Positions 8,823-17,713 of a stretch of 64,000 nucleotides of DNA are shown here, in pieces. A program made the position numbers and the translations under genes. Source of the DNA: an uncultured Clostridia bacterium (lineage in GTDB: Bacteria; Bacillota; Clostridia; Christensenellales; CAG-917); contig CANQNQ010000005.1 in the NCBI GenBank assembly GCA_947625225.1, positions 28,712 through 92,711 of the forward strand, in the 5' to 3' direction. Under the pieces are notes generated by a model. It had not been told where the DNA came from and made no database searches. It saw nothing but the letters and a program-made list of their open reading frames with translations. Numbering within the stretch: position 1 is the first letter of the stretch; each line of letters opens with the position of its first letter.

Positions 8823-9520
8823 ATTTGCTCCGTAAAGTATCGGGTGCTTATGCGCACTCCGAGCATTTCGTATATAAGTTGCGCCAATATGGCGTTGGCT
8901 TCCCCGCGCAGACGTCTGTCGGGCTGCTCCCCTCCCGCAAGGTAGGCGCGCGATATGGCGTCTATCCTTATGAAGTTGAGGCCCTTGCAGTGCTCGCAGA
9001 CTATGCCGTCCGCGTCCCTGAAGAAAGCGTCCCCGTCAATATTGCATTTGCACACGTTGCAATGCGCAAAGTCAAGCTGGTTTCCGTTGAGGCTGAGTAG
9101 CTCCAGCAAAAACTTTGTCACGATCCTGTCCGCGTCCTCTTGCCCGCTCTCAAGCGCGCCGAGAGTCCTCAGCGCGGACAGCATCAGCTGAGGCTGCGGC
9201 TCGTCGGACAGCTTGCCAAGCGCGTCGAGCACCATACAGCCCGCGTAGTAGCTGTCAAGGTCGTCCGTGATGGCGTGGAAGCTCTCTATCTGGCTGCATT
9301 CGGTGATGACGTACCTGCCGTTTCTGCCGCTTAGCACATAGTCGCCGAAGTTGAACGGCTCGGCGGCGTAGCGCAACTTTGCCCCGCGTTTGAGGCAGCC
9401 GCGCGCCGTTGCCGTCAGTTTGCCCATATCAACGCCGACAAGAGTGACAAGCATATCACTCTCCTTGTACGGCACCGCCCTTACGACGATCGCCTTTGTC
9501 TTTATATCCGCCGTCTGCAT
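8819..9520 (-). CDS. recO: DNA repair protein RecO
   Basis: I moved the start to ATG 9520 (MQTADIKTKAIVVRAVPYKESD..). It has an OB-fold N-domain and a Cys-rich segment, CNVCKC..CEHC. It lies downstream of era. Confidence 0.9.
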   Translation of the reverse strand: MQTADIKTKAIVVRAVPYKESDMLVTLVGVDMGKLTATARGCLKRGAKLRYAAEPFNFGDYVLSGRNGRYVITECSQIESFHAITDDLDSYYAGCMVLDALGKLSDEPQPQLMLSALRTLGALESGQEDADRIVTKFLLELLSLNGNQLDFAHCNVCKCNIDGDAFFRDADGIVCEHCKGLNFIRIDAISRAYLAGGEQPDRRLRGEANAILAQLIYEMLGVRISTRYFTEQI

Positions 9521-9536
9521 ACCTTCACGGCAAAGT

Positions 9537-9650
9537 TTACTTTTTCTTTGCCGATTTGCTCTCCCTTTCCTCTTTGAGCGTACGATACATACTGTACAGC
9601 TCAATGTCGCCGGTCTTTGCAAACAATTTCCACATTTCCTTATCCGTCAT
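9537..9650 (-). CDS. yqzL: YqzL-like small protein (37 aa), missing from the ORF track
   Basis: Hand translation gives MTDKEMWKLFAKTGDIELYSMYRTLKEERESKSAKKK. The W-K-x-F-x-x-TG-x-I-(D/E)-x-Y pattern, and the position between era and recO, match the B. subtilis era-yqzL-recO arrangement. No obvious SD. Confidence 0.65.
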   Translation of the reverse strand: MTDKEMWKLFAKTGDIELYSMYRTLKEERESKSAKKK

Positions 9651-9724
9651 GTGGGTAGTTTGCGTCAAAACTCGGCTTTTATACGTGTAAAACGTTTGTT
9701 TTATCTATGTTTTTTACGGACTTT

Positions 9725-10636
9725 TCAGTCGTTTTTGAGCGCTTTAAGGTCGTAACCCAACTCCTTCATGATGTAGTCGCTGTCCCGCCACTCGTCCTTC
9801 ACGCGCACGTACAGCGTCAAAAACACCTGTCCGCCAACCATCTTTTCGAGGTCCTTGCGCGCGGCGGTGGCTATCTTTTTGAGCATCTCGCCGCCCTTGC
9901 CGATGACGATCGCCTTGTGGGACTGCTTTTCGCACACGATGTCAGCGTCGATGTCCGTGATGGGCGCGCCCTCGCGCCGCTCGAATTTGTTGATGTACAC
10001 GCCTATGCCGTAGGGCACCTCTTTGTCAAGCAGATACAGCGCCTTTTCGCGTATTATCTCGGTGGCGATGAAGCGCATGGAACTTTGCGTGTACTCGTCC
10101 GTGGGATACATGGGGTATCCAATGGGCAACAGCGCCTTCAGCTCCTCAAACAGCGGCTGAAGATTGTCCGCCTTCTTTGCGGAGATGGGCACCACCGCCC
10201 TCAGCCCCTCAAAGCCGTTGAGCCTCTCAAGCGCCTTGAAAAGCGTGTCGCGCGCGACGGTATCCTGCTTGTTGAGCGCAACGATCACGGGCGCTTTTTT
10301 GGCGTACTTTTCCAAAAACTCCGCGTCGGCGCCCTGCACTCCCTTGGCGGCGTCTATGACGTAAACGATGCCGTCCACGTCGCGCAAGCCGTTTTCCACA
10401 GCCTGCATCATATACTCGCCCAGCCTGTTGCGCGCCTCATGTATGCCCGGCGTGTCGATAAGCACCATCTGCATGTCGTCGCGGTTGACAATGCCGAGTA
10501 TCTTGTTGCGCGTGGTCTGCGGGCGCCAGGACACAATGGACACCTTTTCGCCCACAAGCGCGTTGGTCAGCGTGGATTTGCCCGCGTTGGCAAGCCCCGC
10601 TATGCATATAAATCCGCTGTGAAAATTTTCGTACAT
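9725..10636 (-). CDS. era: GTPase Era
   Basis: I moved the start to ATG 10636, which has GGAG upstream. G1 is GLANAGKST, G3 is DTPG and G4 is NKQD. A C-terminal KH domain is present. Confidence 0.95.
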   Translation of the reverse strand: MYENFHSGFICIAGLANAGKSTLTNALVGEKVSIVSWRPQTTRNKILGIVNRDDMQMVLIDTPGIHEARNRLGEYMMQAVENGLRDVDGIVYVIDAAKGVQGADAEFLEKYAKKAPVIVALNKQDTVARDTLFKALERLNGFEGLRAVVPISAKKADNLQPLFEELKALLPIGYPMYPTDEYTQSSMRFIATEIIREKALYLLDKEVPYGIGVYINKFERREGAPITDIDADIVCEKQSHKAIVIGKGGEMLKKIATAARKDLEKMVGGQVFLTLYVRVKDEWRDSDYIMKELGYDLKALKND

Positions 10637-10650
10637 ACCGCTCCTTTTGT

Positions 10651-11118
10651 TCAGCGATGCAGATGCGCCGCGTCCATGATCGCGCGCTGGTGAGCAAGCA
10701 TAACTTCCTCGTCCTGCTCCTCGATGTGGTCGAAGCCCAGCAGGTGCAAAAAGCCGTGACAAGCCAAAAAGCCCAATTCGCGCTCGTAGCTGTGTCCGTA
10801 GTCCTTTGCCTGCTCCTCCGCACGCTCGCGGCAGATCATTATGCTGCCAAGTATAACCCTGCTGCCCTCGAAGTCGCTGTCGCAAAAGTCCGCGGTAGTC
10901 ACGGGCAGCGGCTTTGGCTCGAACGCGGGAAAGCTGAGCACGTCGGTCACCGCGTCCACCTTACGCTCTATCCTGTTGAGATTGCGTATGTCCTCGGGCG
11001 AGATGACGCACACCTCCGTCACAAAAAAGTCCTCTTGCCCCAGATGCCTGAACGTTGCCTTTGCGACGCGTTCTATCAACATTTTTTCCTTGAAAGTCGT
11101 ACCGGAAAATCTGATCAT
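10651..11118 (-). CDS. ybeY: rRNA maturation endoribonuclease YbeY
   Basis: HGFLHLLGFDH zinc motif. I moved the start to ATG 11118, which overlaps the pgpH stop in an ATGA. Confidence 0.92.
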   Translation of the reverse strand: MIRFSGTTFKEKMLIERVAKATFRHLGQEDFFVTEVCVISPEDIRNLNRIERKVDAVTDVLSFPAFEPKPLPVTTADFCDSDFEGSRVILGSIMICRERAEEQAKDYGHSYERELGFLACHGFLHLLGFDHIEEQDEEVMLAHQRAIMDAAHLHR

Positions 11119-12653
11119 GAGTTTTTGTTTTCCTCCGTGGCGGGTTCCTTGCGCTTGTCGTAGTCGACGCGCTTGTGATGTATGGACGGCAGCACCTCTA
11201 TGATGGTGTTTTTGATGACGGAGATGTCGTTCATTGTGATGGGACACTCGTCAAACTGCCTCATGGCTATCTTTTCGTCCACCAGCTTGTTTATGCGCGC
11301 CTCGTACTCCTCGCGTGTGTCAGGCATGTATGCGCGCATTGCCGCCTCGATGGTGTCCGCCACCATGATTATCGCCGCCACCTTTGTCTGCGGCTTGGGG
11401 CCTGCGTAGGTGTACTTGTTGACCGCCAGATCTCCGTCCTCCTTGAGGGCTAGCGCCTTGCGGTAAAAGTAGCCGACTGTGGACGTGCCGTGATGCTGAC
11501 GGCAGATGTCCACTATCTCGCTGGGCAGCCTGTTCTGCTTTGCCAATATTTCGCCGAAGAGCGTGTGCGAGGTTATCATGCTCACGCTGACTTCGGGGAT
11601 AAGCTCGTCATGCGGGTTGTAGGTGGATTGGTTTTCGCTGAAATACGTGGGCGCCTTGAGCTTGCCTATGTCGTGATAGTAGGCGGCGCAGCGCGCCATG
11701 TTGGGATTTTCGCCTATAGCGGAGGCGCACGCCTCTGCCAGCGTGCCCACCACCAGCGAGTGGTTGAATGTGCCGGGAGCCTCGCTTGCAAGGCGCTTGA
11801 GCAGCGGATTGCTCAGGTTGCACAGCTCGCTCAACCTGAAATCGTCCGGGATGTTGAACACGCTCTCCAAAATGGCGACGATGGGCATAAACAGTATGCC
11901 CGACACCACGTTTGCGCCGTAGCTGCCGATGGTGTTCCAAAGTATCGTCATGTCGAGGTCGCCCTCTATGAACGTAAACATCTCAACAAGCGGCAGTACC
12001 GTGAAGGGCACGATGAACGTCATCAGCAAAAATTTGAACCTTGAATAGTGCCTGTGCACAAGGAAGTTTATTATGATGCCGCTTATGCTGTTGCAGATTA
12101 TCGCGCTGATTATCACGCCAATGTCGTAGGCGGGGTTGCCCAGGTATATCACCACCACCATAAGCCCCGACACCACCAGACTGAGCGCGGCGCTGCGCCT
12201 GTCGACAAGCTCGATGACTATAAGTTCCGCAAGCGTCACATGTATGACGTAAATGTTGCAGTACTTTATGCCTATAAGCGATGCGACCACCGACGCCACG
12301 ACCGCTATACAAGCGATCCAATAGTACTCGGTGCTCTTGTTCTGCTCGTGCGTGAAGTGGTAGATGGCGGCAAACAGAATTGCCATGAGCGCCGCCGCGA
12401 TGACAAATTTGCACGTGGTCACCACGACGTTGGCCCTGTCAAACGCCTCCAAAAAGTTGCCGTTAAGCGCCAGCGCCAACAACATCATCGCGCACACCGA
12501 AAGGGGTATAGCCATAAAGCTCTTGCCTATGCAGACAAGCAGTTTTTTGCGTTCAAACCGTTTTCTTTTTTCGGTAAACGATAGATCCTGTACGTCTTCA
12601 ATCATTTTTTTCTCCAAGTCGGACGGACTGTGCGTCTTGCTCCGAGCCGTCAT
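11115..12653 (-). CDS. pgpH: 7TM-HD membrane phosphohydrolase (PgpH/YqfF family, cyclic-di-AMP phosphodiesterase type)
   Basis: Multi-TM N-terminal half followed by an HD domain (YYHDIGK..). It sits between phoH and ybeY, as in Bacillus. An alternative start at ATG 12605 has a better GGAGA SD. Confidence 0.85.
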   Translation of the reverse strand: MTARSKTHSPSDLEKKMIEDVQDLSFTEKRKRFERKKLLVCIGKSFMAIPLSVCAMMLLALALNGNFLEAFDRANVVVTTCKFVIAAALMAILFAAIYHFTHEQNKSTEYYWIACIAVVASVVASLIGIKYCNIYVIHVTLAELIVIELVDRRSAALSLVVSGLMVVVIYLGNPAYDIGVIISAIICNSISGIIINFLVHRHYSRFKFLLMTFIVPFTVLPLVEMFTFIEGDLDMTILWNTIGSYGANVVSGILFMPIVAILESVFNIPDDFRLSELCNLSNPLLKRLASEAPGTFNHSLVVGTLAEACASAIGENPNMARCAAYYHDIGKLKAPTYFSENQSTYNPHDELIPEVSVSMITSHTLFGEILAKQNRLPSEIVDICRQHHGTSTVGYFYRKALALKEDGDLAVNKYTYAGPKPQTKVAAIIMVADTIEAAMRAYMPDTREEYEARINKLVDEKIAMRQFDECPITMNDISVIKNTIIEVLPSIHHKRVDYDKRKEPATEENKNS

Positions 12654-12695
12654 CCCTGCCCTTGACGAGGGAGCGTTCGTATTTGCTGTATGCTT

Positions 12696-13616
12696 CTAAA
12701 TTTTTGTCACAAGCGCGTTGCGCACTATGTCTACGTTTGTAAGCCTCACTATCTCTATGCCATTGATGTCGGACAGTATCTCTATGGCGTTTTTCATGCC
12801 TCCGGTCACGGAAGGCGGCAGATCAGTCTGCGTAATATCGCCCGTGACGACTATCTTGCTGTTGAAGCCCATGCGCGTCAAAAACATCTTCATCTGCTCG
12901 CGCGTGGTGTTCTGCGCCTCGTCCAGAATGACAAAGCTGTTGGACAGCGTCCTGCCGCGCATGTACGCCAGCGGCGCTATCTCTATGACGCCCTTTTCAA
13001 GCAGCCTGTCGAATTGGTCGTCGCCCAAAAACTCCCGCAAAGCGTCGTTCAGCGGCCTCAGATACGGGTCCACTTTGTCGCTGAGGTCTCCCGGCAAAAA
13101 GCCCAGTTTTTCGCCCGCTTCCACCGCGGGACGGGTCAGCACTATCCGGTCCACTTCGCCGCTTCTCAGCGCATTTACCGCCGCCGCCACAGCAAGATAT
13201 GTCTTGCCTGTGCCCGCAGGTCCCACGCCGAACACTATGCCGCTGCGCGCGATGGCATCCACGTACTGCCTCTGTCCGAAGGTCTTTGCGCGCACAACTT
13301 TGCCGCGCGCGGTCACCGCAACGGTGTACATCAGCGACGCCACATCCGGGACGTTGCCGCCCTTTGCGCATTCGATAATCATATCCGCCTGCAATCGGGT
13401 GAGTCCCTGCCCTTCTGCCAGCTTTTCCAACGCCTCGAGCGCCTGCACCGCGGCATACGCGCTTTTGCTTTCGCCGCTTACAAGCACGCCCTTGTCGCAC
13501 ACGTTGACGCTTACGCTCAGCTCCTCCGCGAGCCTGCGCACGTTGCAATCCAGCTCGCCAAAGACCGCCATCATGCTCTCAAATTTGTCGAAGTGCTTTT
13601 CCAAAGTCACTTTCAT
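12696..13616 (-). CDS. phoH: PhoH-like ATPase
   Basis: Walker A GPAGTGKTYLAVA and a typical PhoH C-terminal region (ILDEAQN..VVTGDITQTDLP). The start overlaps the yqfD stop in an ATGA. Confidence 0.93.
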   Translation of the reverse strand: MKVTLEKHFDKFESMMAVFGELDCNVRRLAEELSVSVNVCDKGVLVSGESKSAYAAVQALEALEKLAEGQGLTRLQADMIIECAKGGNVPDVASLMYTVAVTARGKVVRAKTFGQRQYVDAIARSGIVFGVGPAGTGKTYLAVAAAVNALRSGEVDRIVLTRPAVEAGEKLGFLPGDLSDKVDPYLRPLNDALREFLGDDQFDRLLEKGVIEIAPLAYMRGRTLSNSFVILDEAQNTTREQMKMFLTRMGFNSKIVVTGDITQTDLPPSVTGGMKNAIEILSDINGIEIVRLTNVDIVRNALVTKI

Positions 13617-15049
13617 TGCGAAATAATTTCCTCTGTCTCCAGCGTAACGGTGACGTATCGTCCGCCGTCCGCCCGACGTATTTTTGTATATCTGTTTGTC
13701 ACGCCCACGGGTGACTCTATTGCCGCCAACAGCTTTGAGAACACGCGGTCCTCAAGCTGCTCGTCCGTGGAAGTTTCCGCCTCTTCGGCGTACTGCACGC
13801 TTTCAAACGTATAGCGGTAGACGTATATCGGGAACAAAAACCCCAATGCCTCCGCGCTCACGCGCACCACGCTGTCGCCAAACGGATCCTTTGGCGGTTT
13901 GGGCTGTTTGCCCGCGTAGCCGAACTTCGTGATCGTCTTGCGCCTTGTCGACGTCGCCACGCGTACCTTGTCCGCAAAGAACTCCGTGGAGGAGTAGTAC
14001 ACCTTGCCGTACACGACGCCGCGCGCCTCCACATCCAGTCTGTCGTCGCCATACATGACATAGCCGTCTATCAGCGTATCGCCGGGGCGCACCACGTCGC
14101 CATACTTCACCGTGGCGGTGCCGCCCTCCACCACTATCCTTGTGACGTAAGCCACCTTTGAGGCGACCACTACGGAACCTTTTACGCCCAAAAATCGTTC
14201 GGGAGCAAGCTCGGCGGCAACGGTGACGTTCACATGCGTACCGCGCCTCTCGACGCCCGCAAAGGACACGCCGTCCAGCGCCAATATGCGATTTTGCAGC
14301 TCCTTTGTATCCAGACGCCCCAGCCACCTGCCCTCGCGCACGCCGCACGAGTTTAGTATGTCGCTTACGTCCGCTATCAATGCGCTGTCTATCGCCCGTC
14401 CGCCCACGCCCGCAACGCTGACGCGAGTGACAAAGTTGGGATACAGCGCAAACATGACCGCGCCCAGCGCGACGCCCACTGTCAGCCCCACACGCGCAAG
14501 CGCGCGAAACGCCAGCGGCGCTATACCTCTATTATCTATTATTTTATAATCATAGCACAAGTTATCCAATAATGCAATAATCTTGTCGCAAACTTTTGCG
14601 GGGACAAAAAAACTTAAGCCTTCATCAGTCGTCTTTACGTCCTCAACGCGGCATATTTCGGAGATCGCGGCAAGCGCCCTGACCGCGCTTTTGCCCCCGA
14701 CGAATATGCGCGTCTGTCCCACTTTTTTCGACAGCGAAAGCATAAGATTTGGGCGCAGCAAAACCTTGTACAGCGCGCTGTGCGCCGCCTTGTAACGTCT
14801 CTTTTTTACCTCCGCGCGCAGCCTTGCCCGCTCGGCTTTCAGCCGCTGTTTTTCACGTCTTGCGTCTTCTGCAAAGGCGTCATTTTCCACTTCCGCGTCA
14901 TCATCAAAATAATACTTGACCGCAGGTTTAACATTGCTTTTTGACTTGTTAAACCTGTTGTTTTGCAAATTTTGCTTTGCATATCGCTTTTTATCGCGCG
15001 CTGCTTTTTGCGCGCGCTTATCGGCCTTTTCCTCCTCGTCAATCCTCAA
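13613..15049 (-). CDS. yqfD: Sporulation protein YqfD with a roughly 100-aa basic N-terminal extension
   Basis: The YqfD-like body spans a central TM helix and the C-terminal region GDVVRPGDTLIDGYV. The ORF opens with TTG at 15049, which has AGGAGG (15063-15058) 8 nt upstream. The first in-frame ATG is codon 103. Confidence 0.8.
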   Translation of the reverse strand: MRIDEEEKADKRAQKAARDKKRYAKQNLQNNRFNKSKSNVKPAVKYYFDDDAEVENDAFAEDARREKQRLKAERARLRAEVKKRRYKAAHSALYKVLLRPNLMLSLSKKVGQTRIFVGGKSAVRALAAISEICRVEDVKTTDEGLSFFVPAKVCDKIIALLDNLCYDYKIIDNRGIAPLAFRALARVGLTVGVALGAVMFALYPNFVTRVSVAGVGGRAIDSALIADVSDILNSCGVREGRWLGRLDTKELQNRILALDGVSFAGVERRGTHVNVTVAAELAPERFLGVKGSVVVASKVAYVTRIVVEGGTATVKYGDVVRPGDTLIDGYVMYGDDRLDVEARGVVYGKVYYSSTEFFADKVRVATSTRRKTITKFGYAGKQPKPPKDPFGDSVVRVSAEALGFLFPIYVYRYTFESVQYAEEAETSTDEQLEDRVFSKLLAAIESPVGVTNRYTKIRRADGGRYVTVTLETEEIISQ

Positions 15050-15293
15050 ATTTCAGCCCTCCTATGTCGCCCTTGACGTACGCGTCGCCGCCGCCTATCT
15101 CGACTATGACAAGCCCTGCGCCCTCCACGTTGAGGGTGCCGCCGTGCAGCTGAAATTTCAGCCTGTTGCCGTCCGCAAACAGCACTCTCTTCACGCCGCT
15201 CACCACAAGTTTGTCCCGCGAAAGCAGAGTCAGTGTGAATGGAAAAACGCTGTCGGTCACATTCAATTTTTTTAATATTTCCTGCTTATACAC
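15039..15293 (-). CDS. yqfC: Sporulation protein YqfC (YabP/YqfC family)
   Basis: 84 aa, sitting immediately upstream of yqfD as in Bacillus. The GTG start has no clear SD, so the exact start is uncertain. Confidence 0.65.
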   Translation of the reverse strand: MYKQEILKKLNVTDSVFPFTLTLLSRDKLVVSGVKRVLFADGNRLKFQLHGGTLNVEGAGLVIVEIGGGDAYVKGDIGGLKFED

Positions 15294-15329
15294 GCTAAAT
15301 TTTATGCCGCAGGCAACAGTTTGATGTTT

Positions 15330-15356
15330 GAAAAGAGCGGCAAACGCCGCTCTTTA
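15330..15356 (-). terminator. Intrinsic terminator after dnaB
   Basis: The stem pairs AGAGCGGC (15334-15341) with GCCGCTCT (15346-15353) around an AAAC loop. It is flanked by A and T runs. Confidence 0.7.
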
Positions 15357-15394
15357 CAGTTACTTATATATTTATAATATAAATCATTATAATA

Positions 15395-17092
15395 TCAGAA
15401 GCCCAGCTCGCCGTCGCCCTCGCCGTCGCCCTCGTCGGACTGCTCTTCTTCCTCCTCTTCCTCGTCCTCTTCGTCGGAGTCGGAGCTGTCAAATGGCATA
15501 GCGCTGCCAAATGGGAATTCCGCTTCCACAACGGTTTCCAGCCCCTGAGTTATCTCCGCAAACGCCTTGGCGGCGAAGTCGGACTGCTCAGGCTCCTCGT
15601 CAAAGGGCACGTCGTCGTCCGTGGGAGGAGCTGCCTCTTCCTTCACTTCGGCGGGCGCTTCCTCCTTGACGATCACGGACGGTTCACGCCTGTAAGGCTC
15701 CTCCGCGGGAGGCGCGGGCTTTCTCAGCTCGTCGGCGCTTCTTGCCACTATCTCCTTGAAGGTGGTGGTGGCGCCGTCCCAATTGAGGGTTATATCCGCA
15801 AGCGGGCCGTTCCTGTTTTTCTTTATAAACAGCTTTATCTCGTCCTCGGGCAACGCGGGGTTGTACTTGGACGGGTTGTGCAAAAACGCCACGACGTCCG
15901 CGTCCTGCTCTATTGCGCCGGATTCTCTGAGGTCGGAGAGCATAGGCTCGTCCTTGCGCTGCTCTATGCCGCGGGACATCTGCGACAGCAGGATGATGGG
16001 ACAATCCAGCTCCTTGGCGTATATCTTCATCATACGCGTCATGTCGCTGACCTCCACCTGCCTGCTCTCGAAGCCCTTGTTGCCGGTGGAATTGCCGCGC
16101 ATCAGTTGCAGATAGTCCACGATGACCAGATCCAGCCCCTTGTCGCGCTTTAGCCTGCGGCACTTGGACAGGATGTCCGCGGGACTGTTCATGGAGTAGT
16201 CGTCAATATAGATGTTGGCGGAGGCGAGGCGCCTGTACGCCTTCATCAGCTTGTCCATCACGATCTTGTCGCGCAAGCCGCCCATGCTGTCCATCGCGTC
16301 GAAAGTTATGCCCGATTCGTACGCCAGCATACGTTTTGCCAACAGCAACGATGACATTTCCAACGAGAAGATAGCAACGGTCTTGTGCTCCTGCCCGTGC
16401 AAAGCGACGTTGACCGCAATGTTGAGCGCAAACGCGGTCTTGCCCACGGACGGGCGCGCCGCAATGAGTATAAGCTCGCCGGGCTTGAGGCCCTTTGTCG
16501 CCTTCTCCAAAGACGGGAAACCTGTGTCCACCGTTGCCTGCGTCGCCTTGCCCACCTGCGCGCTCTGGATGTTGCTCATCGCTGTGGCAAACGCGGATTC
16601 CGCCTTGACCAGAGCCTTTTCGCTGCTGTCCTCGGCTATCTTGTATATCAGCCTCTCGGCGTTGTCCAGCGCCTTTATGCCGTCGTCGCTGTCGTAGCCG
16701 TATTTGGCGATCTCGTTGCCCACGTTGATGACCTTGCGTATAAGCCCGTCGCGCTTGAGGATGTCGGCGTAGTACTCCGCGTTCGCCGCGGAAATGACGC
16801 CCTCGGCAAGCTCGCTGAGATAGGCGATGGAGCCGACCTCGTCCAGCTTGCCTTCAAGCTCCAGCTCGTCGGCGACCGTGACGGTATCTATAGCCTTGCT
16901 CTGCCCCTGCAGAGTTTTCATCGCGCCGAAGATGACGCGGTTGGGCGCAAGATAAAAATCCTCCTCCCTTAGGATGGGGATGAGATTGTCCGCGGCGTTG
17001 TTGTCTATAAGTATAGACCCAAGCACCGCCGCTTCGGCTTCGGTATTGTTTGGCATACCTCTGCTCACTTTTCTGTTGTCGTCCTTTGGCAT
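15395..17092 (-). CDS. dnaB: Replicative DNA helicase DnaB (DnaC in Bacillus nomenclature) with a 116-aa acidic C-terminal tail
   Basis: N-terminus NTEAEAAVLGSIL and Walker A ARPSVGKTAFALN within a RecA-like core. I moved the start to ATG 17092. ATG 17056 is an alternative. The tail begins after ..TFKEIV. Confidence 0.92.
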   Translation of the reverse strand: MPKDDNRKVSRGMPNNTEAEAAVLGSILIDNNAADNLIPILREEDFYLAPNRVIFGAMKTLQGQSKAIDTVTVADELELEGKLDEVGSIAYLSELAEGVISAANAEYYADILKRDGLIRKVINVGNEIAKYGYDSDDGIKALDNAERLIYKIAEDSSEKALVKAESAFATAMSNIQSAQVGKATQATVDTGFPSLEKATKGLKPGELILIAARPSVGKTAFALNIAVNVALHGQEHKTVAIFSLEMSSLLLAKRMLAYESGITFDAMDSMGGLRDKIVMDKLMKAYRRLASANIYIDDYSMNSPADILSKCRRLKRDKGLDLVIVDYLQLMRGNSTGNKGFESRQVEVSDMTRMMKIYAKELDCPIILLSQMSRGIEQRKDEPMLSDLRESGAIEQDADVVAFLHNPSKYNPALPEDEIKLFIKKNRNGPLADITLNWDGATTTFKEIVARSADELRKPAPPAEEPYRREPSVIVKEEAPAEVKEEAAPPTDDDVPFDEEPEQSDFAAKAFAEITQGLETVVEAEFPFGSAMPFDSSDSDEEDEEEEEEEQSDEGDGEGDGELGF

Positions 17093-17709
17093 AGCTTTCC
17101 CTTTACAGCCGAATATATCGCCACCCCGACCGCCATCGCCGCTATTGCCGCCGCGATAAGCACGCTGTACCATGCGGCGGAATCGGCATATCTGTAGTTG
17201 AGTGTGAGCGTCGCGCTGTCCGCGCCCTCGTCAAGAACGAGGTCGTGCAAATAATGATTGCCCGAACGCGACACGTCGGCTTTGCTGGTTATGGATTTAT
17301 ATATGGTATCATACCTCAGCACAACTTTCAAGCTGTTATATTCCAACTCGTTGCCGTCGGTATCTTGTTGTGCCACACGCGCTGCCACGGCACTAGATAT
17401 TGACGACGGATCCACGGTGATGTCGATGGTCTCCTTGTAGTACCACACCCCGTCCCGCCGCGTAACGGTGCGCATAGTCGCCCGCTTCGAGGGCAGCAGA
17501 TCTTCCGTTGAAGAAGTTACATACACGTAGCAGTACAGCGTATCTTCGGACTCGTCAAGTTTGCAGCCGAGGTACTTCACGCCGTATTCGTTGCTTGTGG
17601 TCACCTCGTATGAGCGGTCGCAGGCGCACAGCGTCAATACGCAAATTGCGATGATCATCACCGCGATTGGCACACTTAAACAGCGTTTTGACGCAACCGC
17701 ACCCCTCAT
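17065..17709 (-). CDS. Putative lipoprotein with C-terminal TM anchor (unknown function)
   Basis: Signal peptide with lipobox LTLCAC and a C-terminal helix WYSVLIAAAIAAMAVGVAIY. An AAGGA SD is present. The 3' end overlaps the dnaB start. Confidence 0.7.
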   Translation of the reverse strand: MRGAVASKRCLSVPIAVMIIAICVLTLCACDRSYEVTTSNEYGVKYLGCKLDESEDTLYCYVYVTSSTEDLLPSKRATMRTVTRRDGVWYYKETIDITVDPSSISSAVAARVAQQDTDGNELEYNSLKVVLRYDTIYKSITSKADVSRSGNHYLHDLVLDEGADSATLTLNYRYADSAAWYSVLIAAAIAAMAVGVAIYSAVKGKLCQRTTTEK

Positions 17710-17713
17710 AGCG

